A stretch of DNA of 64,000 nucleotides from an uncultured Thermoleophilaceae bacterium. GTDB taxonomy: Bacteria > Actinomycetota > Thermoleophilia > Solirubrobacterales > Thermoleophilaceae. The translations under genes were made by a program, and so were the position numbers. Location of the stretch: NCBI GenBank assembly GCA_963739095.1, contig CAVTZF010000021.1:87842-151841 (forward strand). Reading direction: 5' to 3'. The notes beneath the pieces are model-generated. The model saw only the letters and a list, made by a program, of their open reading frames with translations, was not told the DNA's origin and did not search any database. Shown piece by piece: positions 19,890 through 28,325 of the stretch (the stretch's first letter is position 1; each line of letters starts with the position of its first letter).

Positions 19890-20543
19890 TCAAGTTCCCG
19901 TTTCGGCACGAGCGCGTACGCGCTGGCCGCCGAGCGGCGGCGGCGGCTCGTCCGGAAGCCCGAGCTCGTCGGCGAGCCCGGCCCAGACTTCACGGCGGGC
20001 GTGCTCGATGTCGAGGTCCCCGATCAGCACGCGCGCGCCGTAGCCGTCGGCGAGCGCGATGAGCCGGTCGGCCATCCGAACGGGGTCCGCGTCCGCCTTG
20101 AACGCGCCTTCGCTGATCCCTGCCGCGATCCCCTGCGCGACCCAGTCGCGCATGCGCCCGTATAGGCGCTCGCCGGTCGGGCGCATCTCCGGATGGCGCG
20201 CGGCGCGCAGCCACAGCTCGACGTACAGGATCCAGTCCTTCCGCAGGTGGCCCGGGTAGGGCAGGAACTGGTCGATCTCGCCCGCGAGCCGCTCGAAGTG
20301 GTCGGATGCCTCTCCCTCTCCCTCGCCGATGCGCACGTCTCCGGTCAGCTCGTACGAGTACTCGAGCGCCTCGGCCAGCAGCGCCTCGCGCGTCTCGAAG
20401 TGGTAATGGACGAGCGACGTCGAGACGCCCGCTTGGGTGGCCACGCGCGCGATGCGCATGTCGTCTATGCCGTCCGTCGCGATTCGGTCGACCGCCGCGG
20501 CCAGGATCCGCTCCCGTGCGCCGCGTTCGGGAGGGTCGCTCAC
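19890..20543 (-). CDS. TetR/AcrR-family transcriptional regulator (TetR-2)
   Basis: The C-terminal part of track ORF 19890..21377 reads ERILAAAVDRIATDGIDDMRIARVATQAGVSTSLVHYHFETREALL (HTH). The GTG at 20543 overlaps the Rieske gene stop (GTGA). Confidence 0.85.
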   Translation of the reverse strand: MSDPPERGARERILAAAVDRIATDGIDDMRIARVATQAGVSTSLVHYHFETREALLAEALEYSYELTGDVRIGEGEGEASDHFERLAGEIDQFLPYPGHLRKDWILYVELWLRAARHPEMRPTGERLYGRMRDWVAQGIAAGISEGAFKADADPVRMADRLIALADGYGARVLIGDLDIEHARREVWAGLADELGLPDEPPPPLGGQRVRARAETGT

Positions 20544-21655
20544 CCGTCCTCGCCGAGGTCGGCGCGGATCCGGTCCGCGAACCAGCCCACCGCTGCCTCG
20601 CGCCGCGACAGCGGGCCCGGCTCGAAGCCATGCGTTGCGATGCCGGCCTGCTGGTTCGCCACGAGGTCGACGTCCTCGTCGCTGACCAGCTCGTTGATCC
20701 TGCGGTTCGCGAGCCGCACGGCGCGCGTCTTCACGCTCCCGCCCCGCGGCTGCAGCGTCATGGCGACGTCCTGGGTCGCGCCGGTGCCCTTCGGCAGGAT
20801 CTGCCAGATCCCGATCTGGTCCGGATAGAGGTCGATCGTCGTGTTCGGATAGATCAGGATGAAGCGCCAGACGCGCGCGTCCTCGGGACCCAGCCCTGGC
20901 ATCGGCTCGACGAGCCGCTGGTAGGTCCGCTCGAGGAAGTTGCCTGACGGCTTCTCGCGCATTGGCGCGTCGAACCACACCCAGTTGTCGAACAGCTCGA
21001 CGTCGTAGTTCTTGTAGTCGAGCAGCCGCATCAGGCCGGGATGGCCGACGGGCACGTGGTAGCCCTCGAGGTAGTTGTCGATGACGATCTTCCAGTTGGC
21101 CGGCTGGCTCGTCCCCTTCTCGACGACGGGCATGAGGCTCTCGAAGCCGTAGCGGGCAAGCCGTTCCGGGAGGCCGGCGACCTGCTCGGCGAGCGGCGTG
21201 GCGTGGATGTCGAGGTTGACGAACACGAGCCCGAGCAGGACCTCGACGCGCGCGGGGAAGAGCCCGAGCGCCGACTTGTCGAGGCCGGGGATCTGGCGCC
21301 CCTCGGGCACGCCGATCAGCTCGCCGTCCATGCGGTAGGTCCAGCCGTGGTAGCGGCAGCGAATTGCCTTCTTGCACTCGCCCGAGCCGCTCAGGAGACG
21401 CGAGCCGCGGTGCCGGCAGACGTTTCGGAAGGCGCGCAGCTCGCCCTCGTCGTCGCGGACGACGAGCACCGGCTGGGTACCCGCGTTGGCGGTCAGGTAG
21501 GTCCCGGGACCCGGCAGCTGTGAGACGTGGCCGGCGAACTGCCAGGTGCGTGAGAAGATGCGCTCGTCCTCGAGCTGCAGGACCTCGGGATCGAGGTAGA
21601 GATGCGGCGAGAGCGCGGGCGAGACGGGCGCTGGAGCGGTCTTCGATGAGGCCAT
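20540..21655 (-). CDS. Rieske [2Fe-2S] non-haem-iron oxygenase, alpha-subunit type (GbcA/CntA/Stc2-like N-demethylase/monooxygenase class is possible)
   Basis: Rieske motif CRHRGSRLL...CRYHGWTY. The catalytic domain carries NYLEGYHVPVGHP (2-His iron site). Start taken at ATG 21655 (AGGA 8 nt upstream); ATGs at 21685 and 21736 are alternatives. Confidence 0.8.
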   Translation of the reverse strand: MASSKTAPAPVSPALSPHLYLDPEVLQLEDERIFSRTWQFAGHVSQLPGPGTYLTANAGTQPVLVVRDDEGELRAFRNVCRHRGSRLLSGSGECKKAIRCRYHGWTYRMDGELIGVPEGRQIPGLDKSALGLFPARVEVLLGLVFVNLDIHATPLAEQVAGLPERLARYGFESLMPVVEKGTSQPANWKIVIDNYLEGYHVPVGHPGLMRLLDYKNYDVELFDNWVWFDAPMREKPSGNFLERTYQRLVEPMPGLGPEDARVWRFILIYPNTTIDLYPDQIGIWQILPKGTGATQDVAMTLQPRGGSVKTRAVRLANRRINELVSDEDVDLVANQQAGIATHGFEPGPLSRREAAVGWFADRIRADLGEDG

Positions 21656-21663
21656 TAGCAATC

Positions 21664-21693
21664 CTGACTTTGTGATCAGTCGCATGATATCAT
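21664..21693 (+). promoter_or_regulatory. Copy C of the conserved module: -35 CTGACT, 18-nt conserved spacer, -10 TATCAT. Predicted promoter of the small-ORF/acyl-CoA operon.
   Basis: CTGACT-TTGTGATCAGTCGCATGA-TATCAT. The first candidate start (TTG 21700) lies 6 nt after the -10. ATGATATCAT is itself palindromic, so a -10 can be read on both strands. Confidence 0.6.
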
Positions 21694-21699
21694 GGCCCC

Positions 21700-22050
21700 T
21701 TGGGTCCACTGGGAGCCCGCCACGTATGGCTGTCACTGACGCCTGAGCCCGAGCGCGAGCTCCCCGTAGCGATTGCCACGCTACGCGCGGGCGGCCCGCC
21801 GCCCGCGGAACTGGTGGAGCGAGAGATCGCGCGTGTCGAGCGACTGGTCACCCATGGCAGCCGCCGGCGGTGGCGGGCCTACCTGACCGAGACGGCGGGT
21901 CTGGCCCAGGCCGCTGAGGGCAACGAGGCGCTCGCCGAGGCGCGCGCCGCGATCGACGAGATTCTCGAGAACCACGACAATCTGGCCCTCGGCCTCGCCA
22001 AGCGGCGCAGGCGAGGAACGCCGAAGCGAGACACCGGAGAAAGCCCATGA
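21700..22050 (+). CDS. Small hypothetical protein (up to 116 aa), stop overlaps the acyl-CoA dehydrogenase start (ATGA)
   Basis: Track ORF with G/C-biased third positions. The start is uncertain (TTG 21700, or an internal GTG giving ~78 aa). No family recognised. Confidence 0.4.
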   Translation: MGPLGARHVWLSLTPEPERELPVAIATLRAGGPPPAELVEREIARVERLVTHGSRRRWRAYLTETAGLAQAAEGNEALAEARAAIDEILENHDNLALGLAKRRRRGTPKRDTGESP

Positions 22051-23243
22051 CCGTAACCCCAGCCGCGCCCCCGTCAGCGGACGGCTTCACCCCCGAGCAG
22101 GTCGACCTGCAACAGCGTGCGCGCCGCTTCGTCGACGAGGTGCTGATCCCCAACGAGGAGCTCGCCGAGCGAAACGGCGGGCGGCTGCCCGAGGAGCTGA
22201 TCCAGCGCATCAAGCGCGAGGCGATCGCGGCCGGCCTGTCCGGAGGTCTGCACGCGCGCGAGCACGGCGGCCAGGGCTGGTCGATCACCGATTGGTTCCT
22301 GGTCGAGGAGCAGCTCGGCCGCTCCACCAACGCGCTGTCCTGGTACATCCCGAACGCCTACAACGTGCTGGCGAGCGGCACGCCCGAGCAGATCGAGCGC
22401 TACCTGCGGCCCGCGCTGCGCGGTGAGCTGCACGACGCGTACGCGGTCACCGAGGCCGAGGCCGGCTCGGATCCGTCCGGGATCGCGACGAGCGCGCGCA
22501 AGACCGACGCCGGCTGGGTGATCGACGGCGAGAAGTGGTTCGTGACCACCGGCGACATCGCGTCCGTTTACATCGTGATGGCGAACGCGATCGTCGACGG
22601 CGAGCAGCTCGGCACGCTCTTCCTCGTCGACCGCGGGCTCGACGGCATCGAGGTCGTCGACGACCCGCCCTTCACGCACACGTATCCGCACGGCCACCCG
22701 ACGATCCGCTTCAACGGTGTCGAGGTGGCCGACGACGCGGTCATCGGAGGGCTCGGCGGCGGCGACGAGCTGCAGCGCCACTGGTTCACCGAGGAGCGGC
22801 TCGGGATCGCCGCGCGCGGCGTGGGCTCGATGTGGCGCCTGCTCGAGGACACGACCGCCTGGGCGCTCGAGCGCGAGCAGGGCGGCAGCCGCATCATGGA
22901 CTACCAGGGCGTCTCCTTCCCGCTCGCCGACTCGGCCGCGGACGCCGCGGCCGGCCGCCTGCTGACGCTTGAGGTCGCCCGGCTCGCCGACGCCGGCGCC
23001 GACCCGAAGCTCGTGCACGCCAAGGCCTCGATGGCGAAGCTGTTCGTGAGCGAGGCCGCCTGCCGCTGCGCCGACCGCTGCGTGCAGATCTTCGGCGGCC
23101 GCGGCTACATGCGGACGAACGTCGCGGAGCGCTTCCTGCGCGAGCTGCGGGTCGACCGGATCTGGGAGGGCACCAGCGAGATCCAGCGCCTGATCATCGC
23201 CCGCGCGCTCGAGCGCCGCGGCGTGGAGCGGACACTGCACTAG
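22047..23243 (+). CDS. Acyl-CoA dehydrogenase family flavoprotein
   Basis: AVTEAEAGSDPSGIATSA, GEKWFVTTG and C-terminal QIFGGRGYM...RVDRIWEGTSEIQRLIIAR (catalytic Glu region). Confidence 0.85.
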   Translation: MTVTPAAPPSADGFTPEQVDLQQRARRFVDEVLIPNEELAERNGGRLPEELIQRIKREAIAAGLSGGLHAREHGGQGWSITDWFLVEEQLGRSTNALSWYIPNAYNVLASGTPEQIERYLRPALRGELHDAYAVTEAEAGSDPSGIATSARKTDAGWVIDGEKWFVTTGDIASVYIVMANAIVDGEQLGTLFLVDRGLDGIEVVDDPPFTHTYPHGHPTIRFNGVEVADDAVIGGLGGGDELQRHWFTEERLGIAARGVGSMWRLLEDTTAWALEREQGGSRIMDYQGVSFPLADSAADAAAGRLLTLEVARLADAGADPKLVHAKASMAKLFVSEAACRCADRCVQIFGGRGYMRTNVAERFLRELRVDRIWEGTSEIQRLIIARALERRGVERTLH

Positions 23244-23246
23244 CCG

Positions 23247-25346
23247 GTGGACGTCTCACGGCTACTGCATCCGCGCACGGTCGCGGTCGTCGGCGCCACG
23301 GAGCGGCCGGGCTCGTACGCGGGTCAGACGCTGCTCAACCTGAAGATGGCCGGCTACCGCGGCGAGGTCTGGGGCGTCAACCCGCGCCGCACCTCGGTCT
23401 ACGGGCTGCCCTGCTTCCCGTCGCTGGCGGCGTGCCCGTCGCCGCCCGACGCTGTCGTGGTGGCGATCCCGGCAGCCGGCGTCGTCGACGTCGTCAAGGA
23501 GGCGGGCGCGCTCGGCTGCGGCGGGGCGGTGGTCTATGGGGCCGGCTTCGGCGAGATCGCGGGGGGCGCTGCGCGCGAGGCCGAGCTCGCGGCGGTGGCG
23601 GCCGCTCATGACCTGCCGATCTGCGGGCCGAACGGGAACGGCATCGTGGCCCTGCACGAGCGCGCGCCGCTCTGGGGGGATGCCATGCGGCCGTTCGAGG
23701 CCGGCCGCGTGGCGCTCGTCTCGCAGAGCGGCAACTTCGCCGTCAACGCGCTCACTGCGAACCGCGGCCTGCGCCTCCACACGGTGATCTCCTGCGGGAA
23801 CTCGGTGGCGCTCGACCCGGCAGCCTGGGTGGCCGAGCTCGCCGCGGAGGAGGGGGTCGGCTCGATTGCGCTCTACGTCGAGGGGGACGGGGACGGCGGC
23901 CACCTGTGCGAAGCGCTCGCCCGCTGTGCCGAGCACGGCGTCGGCGTCGCGGTGCTCAAGGTGGGAAGCTCGGCCGCGGGCTCGGCCGCGGCGGCCGCCC
24001 ACACGGGCGCGCTCGCGGGCGACCAGCGCATCTACCGCGCGCTGGTCGAGGAGGCGGGCGGCGCCTGGGCGAGGGACTTCCACGAACTGCTCGAACTGGC
24101 CAAGGGCCTTGCCGTTCCTGGTGCGCGGCGCGCGACCAGCGGCCTCGCCGTGCTCACCTGCTCCGGCGGCGACTCCGCGATGGCGGCGGACGAGTGCGAG
24201 CGGATCGGCATCCCGCTCCCCGCCCCCGCTCCCGCGACCCGCGAGCGTCTGCGCGAGCTCCTGCCGGAGGCGGCCACGATCGCGAATCCGCTCGACTACA
24301 CGGCGCTCCTCTGGGGCGACAGGGAGCGGTTGCGCGAATTGGTAGTGACGGCCGGCGATGACCCTCAGGTCGGGCGCGTGCTCGTCCTCTACGACCAGCC
24401 CGCCGGCCTCGAGGGGGCAATCGAGGAGTCCTGGGCCGCCGTGCGCGAGGCAATCCGTGACGGCGCGCGCGACAGCTCGGTGCCCGTGATGGTGGCCTCG
24501 ACGCTTCCCGAGCTGCTCGACGACGTAGCCGGCGCCCGCTTCGCGGAAGCGGGCATCCCGGCAATATCGGGTCTGCGCAGCGGGCTCGCTGTCGCGGCCG
24601 CCCTGGAGCGGCCCCCCGGCGATCCGGCGCGGTTGCGAGAGATCGGCGCCGCCGCTCTCCGCGGCGGCGGGAACGGCGACGGCTGGCTCTCCGAGCACGA
24701 CACCAAGCAGCTGCTGCGCGAGCGCGGCCTGCCTGTCGTGGAGGGCCGACTCGTCGCCGACGCCGACGACGCCGTCGCGGCGCTCGCCGAGCTCGGCGGC
24801 CACGCCGCGGCGAAGCTCGCCGCAACGTCGCTGCAGCACAAGTCGGACATCGGGGCGCTCGCGCTCGACATCCGCGACCCCGCCGCAATGCGCGAGGCGC
24901 ACGACCGGCTGATGGAGCTCGCCGTCCCGGGCGCGGCCGTGCTCGTCGAGCGGATGGCCGAGCCGGGTGCCGAGCTGCTCGTCTCGGCGCGTGCCGACGG
25001 CGTCGTCCCTGCGCTCGTGATCGCGGCCGGCGGGCTCTGGACCGAGCTGCTCGGCGATGCCGCGTTGATCCCGCTGCCCGCCTCGCCCGAGCGCGTCGAG
25101 CGGGCGATCCGGGAGCTCCGGACGGCACCGCTGTTCACAGGTGGCCGGGGCAGGCCGCCCCTCGACGTGGCGGCGGCCGCGCGGCTGGCGGCTGCCACCG
25201 GCGAGCTGCTGCTCGACTCACGCCTCGCGCTCATCGAGCTCAACCCGGTGTTCGTGCACGAGCACGGCGTCACGGTCGTCGACGCGGCCGCGGCAGGCCC
25301 GGAGCAGCCGGCTCGGCCGGCTGCGCGGGGATCGGATTCGGGTTGA
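23247..25346 (+). CDS. ADP-forming (NDP-forming) acyl-CoA synthetase / acetate--CoA ligase family (fused CoA-binding, CoA-ligase and ATP-grasp domains)
   Basis: N-terminal RTVAVVGATERPGSYAG (CoA-binding), ICGPNGNGIV, VSQSGNF, HTGALAG and a C-terminal ATP-grasp-like region. GTG start 3 nt after the ACAD stop. Confidence 0.8.
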   Translation: MDVSRLLHPRTVAVVGATERPGSYAGQTLLNLKMAGYRGEVWGVNPRRTSVYGLPCFPSLAACPSPPDAVVVAIPAAGVVDVVKEAGALGCGGAVVYGAGFGEIAGGAAREAELAAVAAAHDLPICGPNGNGIVALHERAPLWGDAMRPFEAGRVALVSQSGNFAVNALTANRGLRLHTVISCGNSVALDPAAWVAELAAEEGVGSIALYVEGDGDGGHLCEALARCAEHGVGVAVLKVGSSAAGSAAAAAHTGALAGDQRIYRALVEEAGGAWARDFHELLELAKGLAVPGARRATSGLAVLTCSGGDSAMAADECERIGIPLPAPAPATRERLRELLPEAATIANPLDYTALLWGDRERLRELVVTAGDDPQVGRVLVLYDQPAGLEGAIEESWAAVREAIRDGARDSSVPVMVASTLPELLDDVAGARFAEAGIPAISGLRSGLAVAAALERPPGDPARLREIGAAALRGGGNGDGWLSEHDTKQLLRERGLPVVEGRLVADADDAVAALAELGGHAAAKLAATSLQHKSDIGALALDIRDPAAMREAHDRLMELAVPGAAVLVERMAEPGAELLVSARADGVVPALVIAAGGLWTELLGDAALIPLPASPERVERAIRELRTAPLFTGGRGRPPLDVAAAARLAAATGELLLDSRLALIELNPVFVHEHGVTVVDAAAAGPEQPARPAARGSDSG

Positions 25347-26542
25347 AGGTCGCCGTCGCGGGCGCCGGGCTCGCCGGCCTGAGCGCCGCCGACGAGCTGC
25401 GCCGGGCGGGCGTCGAGGTCGTGGTGCTGGAGGCGCGCGATCGTGTCGGCGGGCGCGTGTGGTCGCGCGAGCTCGACAACGGCGCGGTTGTCGAGATGGG
25501 CGCGGAGTACGTCCTGCCCGGCAACACGGCGGTCCGCGAGCTGGCGGCGCGGCTCGGGCTCGAGCTGTGCGACAAGGGCATGGCGTATGGGCGCCGCGAG
25601 CCGCGCGGCGGCACACCGACGACGCATGAGGAGATGGCGGCGGCGGTGCCGGCGATCGAGAGGGCCCTCGACGGCGCGCCGGCGGAGCTGAGCGCGCAGG
25701 AGTTCCTCGACGGCCTCGACATCGACGCGGGAGTGCGCGAGGCGCTCCTGGCCCGCGTGGAGATCTCGAGTGCAAGCCCGGCCGCCGAGGTCGCCGCGCG
25801 CGATCTCGCCGGCATCGCGCACGTCGACGAGGAGCCCGCGCCGAGCGTGGCCGGCGGCAACCAGGGGCTCGCGCTGGCCCTCGCGGCGCTCCTCGGCGAC
25901 GCCGTGAGGCTCGGCTCGCCGGTCGAGCGGATCGAGTGGCGCGACGGAGGAGTGCGGGTGCGCGCGGGCGGCGGGGAGCTCGACGCGGACGCGTGCGTCG
26001 TGGCCGTCCCGGCCGGCGTGCTCGGCCGGATCAGCTTCGAGCCCGCGCTGCCCCGGGCCCATACCGCCGCCTTCGCGGCGGTCCGCTACGGCGACGCCGC
26101 GAAGCTGTTCGTCCCGCTCAGCGCACCGGCGCGGGCCAGCGCCGTGATGTCGGTGCCCGAGCGCTACTGGACCTGGACGGCCCGCGGCGCAGGCGGCGAG
26201 GTCCAGCCGGTCGTCAGCGCCTTCGCCGGCTCGGCGCCCGCGCTCGAGCGGCTCGAGCTGGCGCGCGGCCCGGAGCGCTGGCTCGACTCGCTCACGCGGC
26301 TGCGCGGCGACCTCTCGCTCGACCCGGCGGGCGTCCTCCTATCCACATGGGCCGACGATCCCTGGGTGCGGGCCGCCTATTCCACCTCGGCCCCGCCGGA
26401 GCTGGCCGAGCTCGCCGCCGTGCCGCTTGGCCCGCTGGCCTTCGCGGGCGAGCACCTGGGCGGCGTGCATGCCGCGCTGATGGAGGGTGCGATCCGCTCG
26501 GGTGCGGCGGCGGCGCGGGCGCTGCTCGGGCGCGCCGCCTGA
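25343..26542 (+). CDS. Flavin-containing amine oxidase (second copy, intact)
   Basis: MKVAVAGAGLAGLSAADELRRAGVEVVVLEARDRVGGRV and C-terminal FAGEHLGGVHAALMEGAIRSG. The TTG start overlaps the preceding stop. Confidence 0.8.
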   Translation: MKVAVAGAGLAGLSAADELRRAGVEVVVLEARDRVGGRVWSRELDNGAVVEMGAEYVLPGNTAVRELAARLGLELCDKGMAYGRREPRGGTPTTHEEMAAAVPAIERALDGAPAELSAQEFLDGLDIDAGVREALLARVEISSASPAAEVAARDLAGIAHVDEEPAPSVAGGNQGLALALAALLGDAVRLGSPVERIEWRDGGVRVRAGGGELDADACVVAVPAGVLGRISFEPALPRAHTAAFAAVRYGDAAKLFVPLSAPARASAVMSVPERYWTWTARGAGGEVQPVVSAFAGSAPALERLELARGPERWLDSLTRLRGDLSLDPAGVLLSTWADDPWVRAAYSTSAPPELAELAAVPLGPLAFAGEHLGGVHAALMEGAIRSGAAAARALLGRAA

Positions 26543-26580
26543 GCGCGGCTCCATCCGGCGCACAGGCTTTGCTCTCACGG

Positions 26581-27177
26581 GTGGACCGGCAGGACCTCTC
26601 CCGCATCGGAGCCTTCTCGGACGGCGTGATGGCGGTCGCGATAACGCTGCTCGTGCTCAACATCGAGCCGCCCACGGTGAGCGACGACGACCTTGGCGAT
26701 GCCCTCGTGGACCTGATCCCCTCGCTCGGCGCCTACGTTCTCTCCTTCGCGCTGGTGGGCCGCTACTGGGTCATCCACCACGGCCTGTTCGCCAGGTTCG
26801 TCCGCTTCGACGGACTGCTGCTGGCGCTCAACCTCGCCTTCCTTGCGCTGATTGCGCTGGTCCCGTTCGCCACCAACCTCATCGACGACTACTCGACCGT
26901 CCCGCTTGCGGCGGCGGTCTTCGGAGCGACCCTGGGGCTGGCCGCATTCGTGCACTGGCTCATGACCGTCCACGCCGTGCGCGCCGGCCTCGTCCACGAG
27001 GAGCTGCTGTCGGACAGCTCGCCGCTCGGCAGCACCGTCTCGCTCGGGTTCGCGATCCTGTGCTTCCTGAGCGTGCCCGTCGCGTTCCTCAGCCCGACGG
27101 TCGCCTGGCTCATGTGGGCCTCGCTGCTCGTTTTGCGCTACCCGCTGCGCAGGGTCGCGCGCTGGGTCGAGCGGTAG
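26581..27177 (+). CDS. TMEM175/DUF1211-family potassium channel-like membrane protein
   Basis: RIGAFSDGVMAVAITLLVL signature and a six-TM profile. GTG start chosen inside track ORF 25936..27177. Confidence 0.75.
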   Translation: MDRQDLSRIGAFSDGVMAVAITLLVLNIEPPTVSDDDLGDALVDLIPSLGAYVLSFALVGRYWVIHHGLFARFVRFDGLLLALNLAFLALIALVPFATNLIDDYSTVPLAAAVFGATLGLAAFVHWLMTVHAVRAGLVHEELLSDSSPLGSTVSLGFAILCFLSVPVAFLSPTVAWLMWASLLVLRYPLRRVARWVER

Positions 27178-28325
27178 AGCGACGCCACCTGGCGGGCGAC
27201 GTCGGCCCAGTCGAAGCTGAGCACGTGCTCGTTCGCCTCGGCGACGAGCCGGTCGCGCAAGGTTCGATCGGTGAGCAGGCGCTCGGCCATCGAGGCGAGC
27301 GAGTCCGCGTCGCGCGAGCGGAAGCGCAGCCCGACGTCCTCGTTCGGCACGACCTCGCGCAGCCCGCCCGTGTCGGAGACCAGGCAGGGGCAGCCGGAGG
27401 CCATCGCCTCGAGCGCGACCAGCCCGAACGGCTCGTAGATCGACGGCACCACGGTGAGGTCGGCGATCCGGTAGAGCGAGTGCAGCACGTCGTCGCCGAT
27501 CCAGCCGAGGAAGGTGCCGTGGTCGTCCAGGCCGAGGTCGTGTGCCTGTCGGCGGAGCTCCTCCTCGGCGGTGCCCGAGCCCGCGACGATGAAGCGGACG
27601 TTGCCGACGCGCTCGATCAGCCCGGGGAGCGCCTCCAGCGCCAGCTGGAAACCCTTCTCGTAGACGAGCCGCCCGACCAGCAGCACGAGGAGGTCGTCGG
27701 GTTTCGCGAAGCGCGCGCGCAGCGAGTCGAGGTCGTCGACCGGAATGAGCTCGGAGGGGTCGATGCCGTTCGGTATGACGGCGACGCGCTCCTCCTCGAT
27801 CCCGTAGATGTCCGACACGTGCTCGCGCATGTAGGCGGAGCAGGTGATCAGGCGCTCGGCGCGGTTCGCCATCCAGCGCTCGACGCCGTGGATGTACGAC
27901 TGCGGGTGCTTGTCCACCCAACCCTGATGGCGGCCGTACTCCGTGGCGTGGATCGTCACGACGAGCGGCGCCCGGAAGCGCTTGGCGAGGTGGTCGCCGG
28001 CCGAGGCCACGAGCCAGTCGTGACCGTGGACGAGGTCGAAGTCGAAGCGGTCGCCGACCTCCACCCCCGCGGCGAGCATGTCGGAGTTCATGTGCTCGAT
28101 CCAGGCGACGAACTCGCCGAGATCGCGCGGGCGCTCCGGCTCGCGGACGCGGTGGATCGTCACGCCGCCGCGCTCCTCCTCGGCCGGATCCTCCTCGCGT
28201 CCGCGCGCGAGCACGTGGACGTCGACGCCGTGCTCGGGCAGGTTCTCGGCGAGCTTGCGGACGTGCCGCGCGAGCCCACCCTCGATCAGCGGCGGGTACT
28301 CCCAGGAGAGGATGAGGGCGCGCAT
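27138..28325 (-). CDS. GT4 glycosyltransferase, Rv3032-like alpha-1,4-glucosyltransferase
   Basis: MRALILSWEYPPLIEGGLARHV..., VHGHDW, EPFGLVALEAMASGCPCLVS (GT4 E-x7-E region), and an operon with GH57. Confidence 0.8.
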   Translation of the reverse strand: MRALILSWEYPPLIEGGLARHVRKLAENLPEHGVDVHVLARGREEDPAEEERGGVTIHRVREPERPRDLGEFVAWIEHMNSDMLAAGVEVGDRFDFDLVHGHDWLVASAGDHLAKRFRAPLVVTIHATEYGRHQGWVDKHPQSYIHGVERWMANRAERLITCSAYMREHVSDIYGIEEERVAVIPNGIDPSELIPVDDLDSLRARFAKPDDLLVLLVGRLVYEKGFQLALEALPGLIERVGNVRFIVAGSGTAEEELRRQAHDLGLDDHGTFLGWIGDDVLHSLYRIADLTVVPSIYEPFGLVALEAMASGCPCLVSDTGGLREVVPNEDVGLRFRSRDADSLASMAERLLTDRTLRDRLVAEANEHVLSFDWADVARQVASLYRSTQRATLRSG

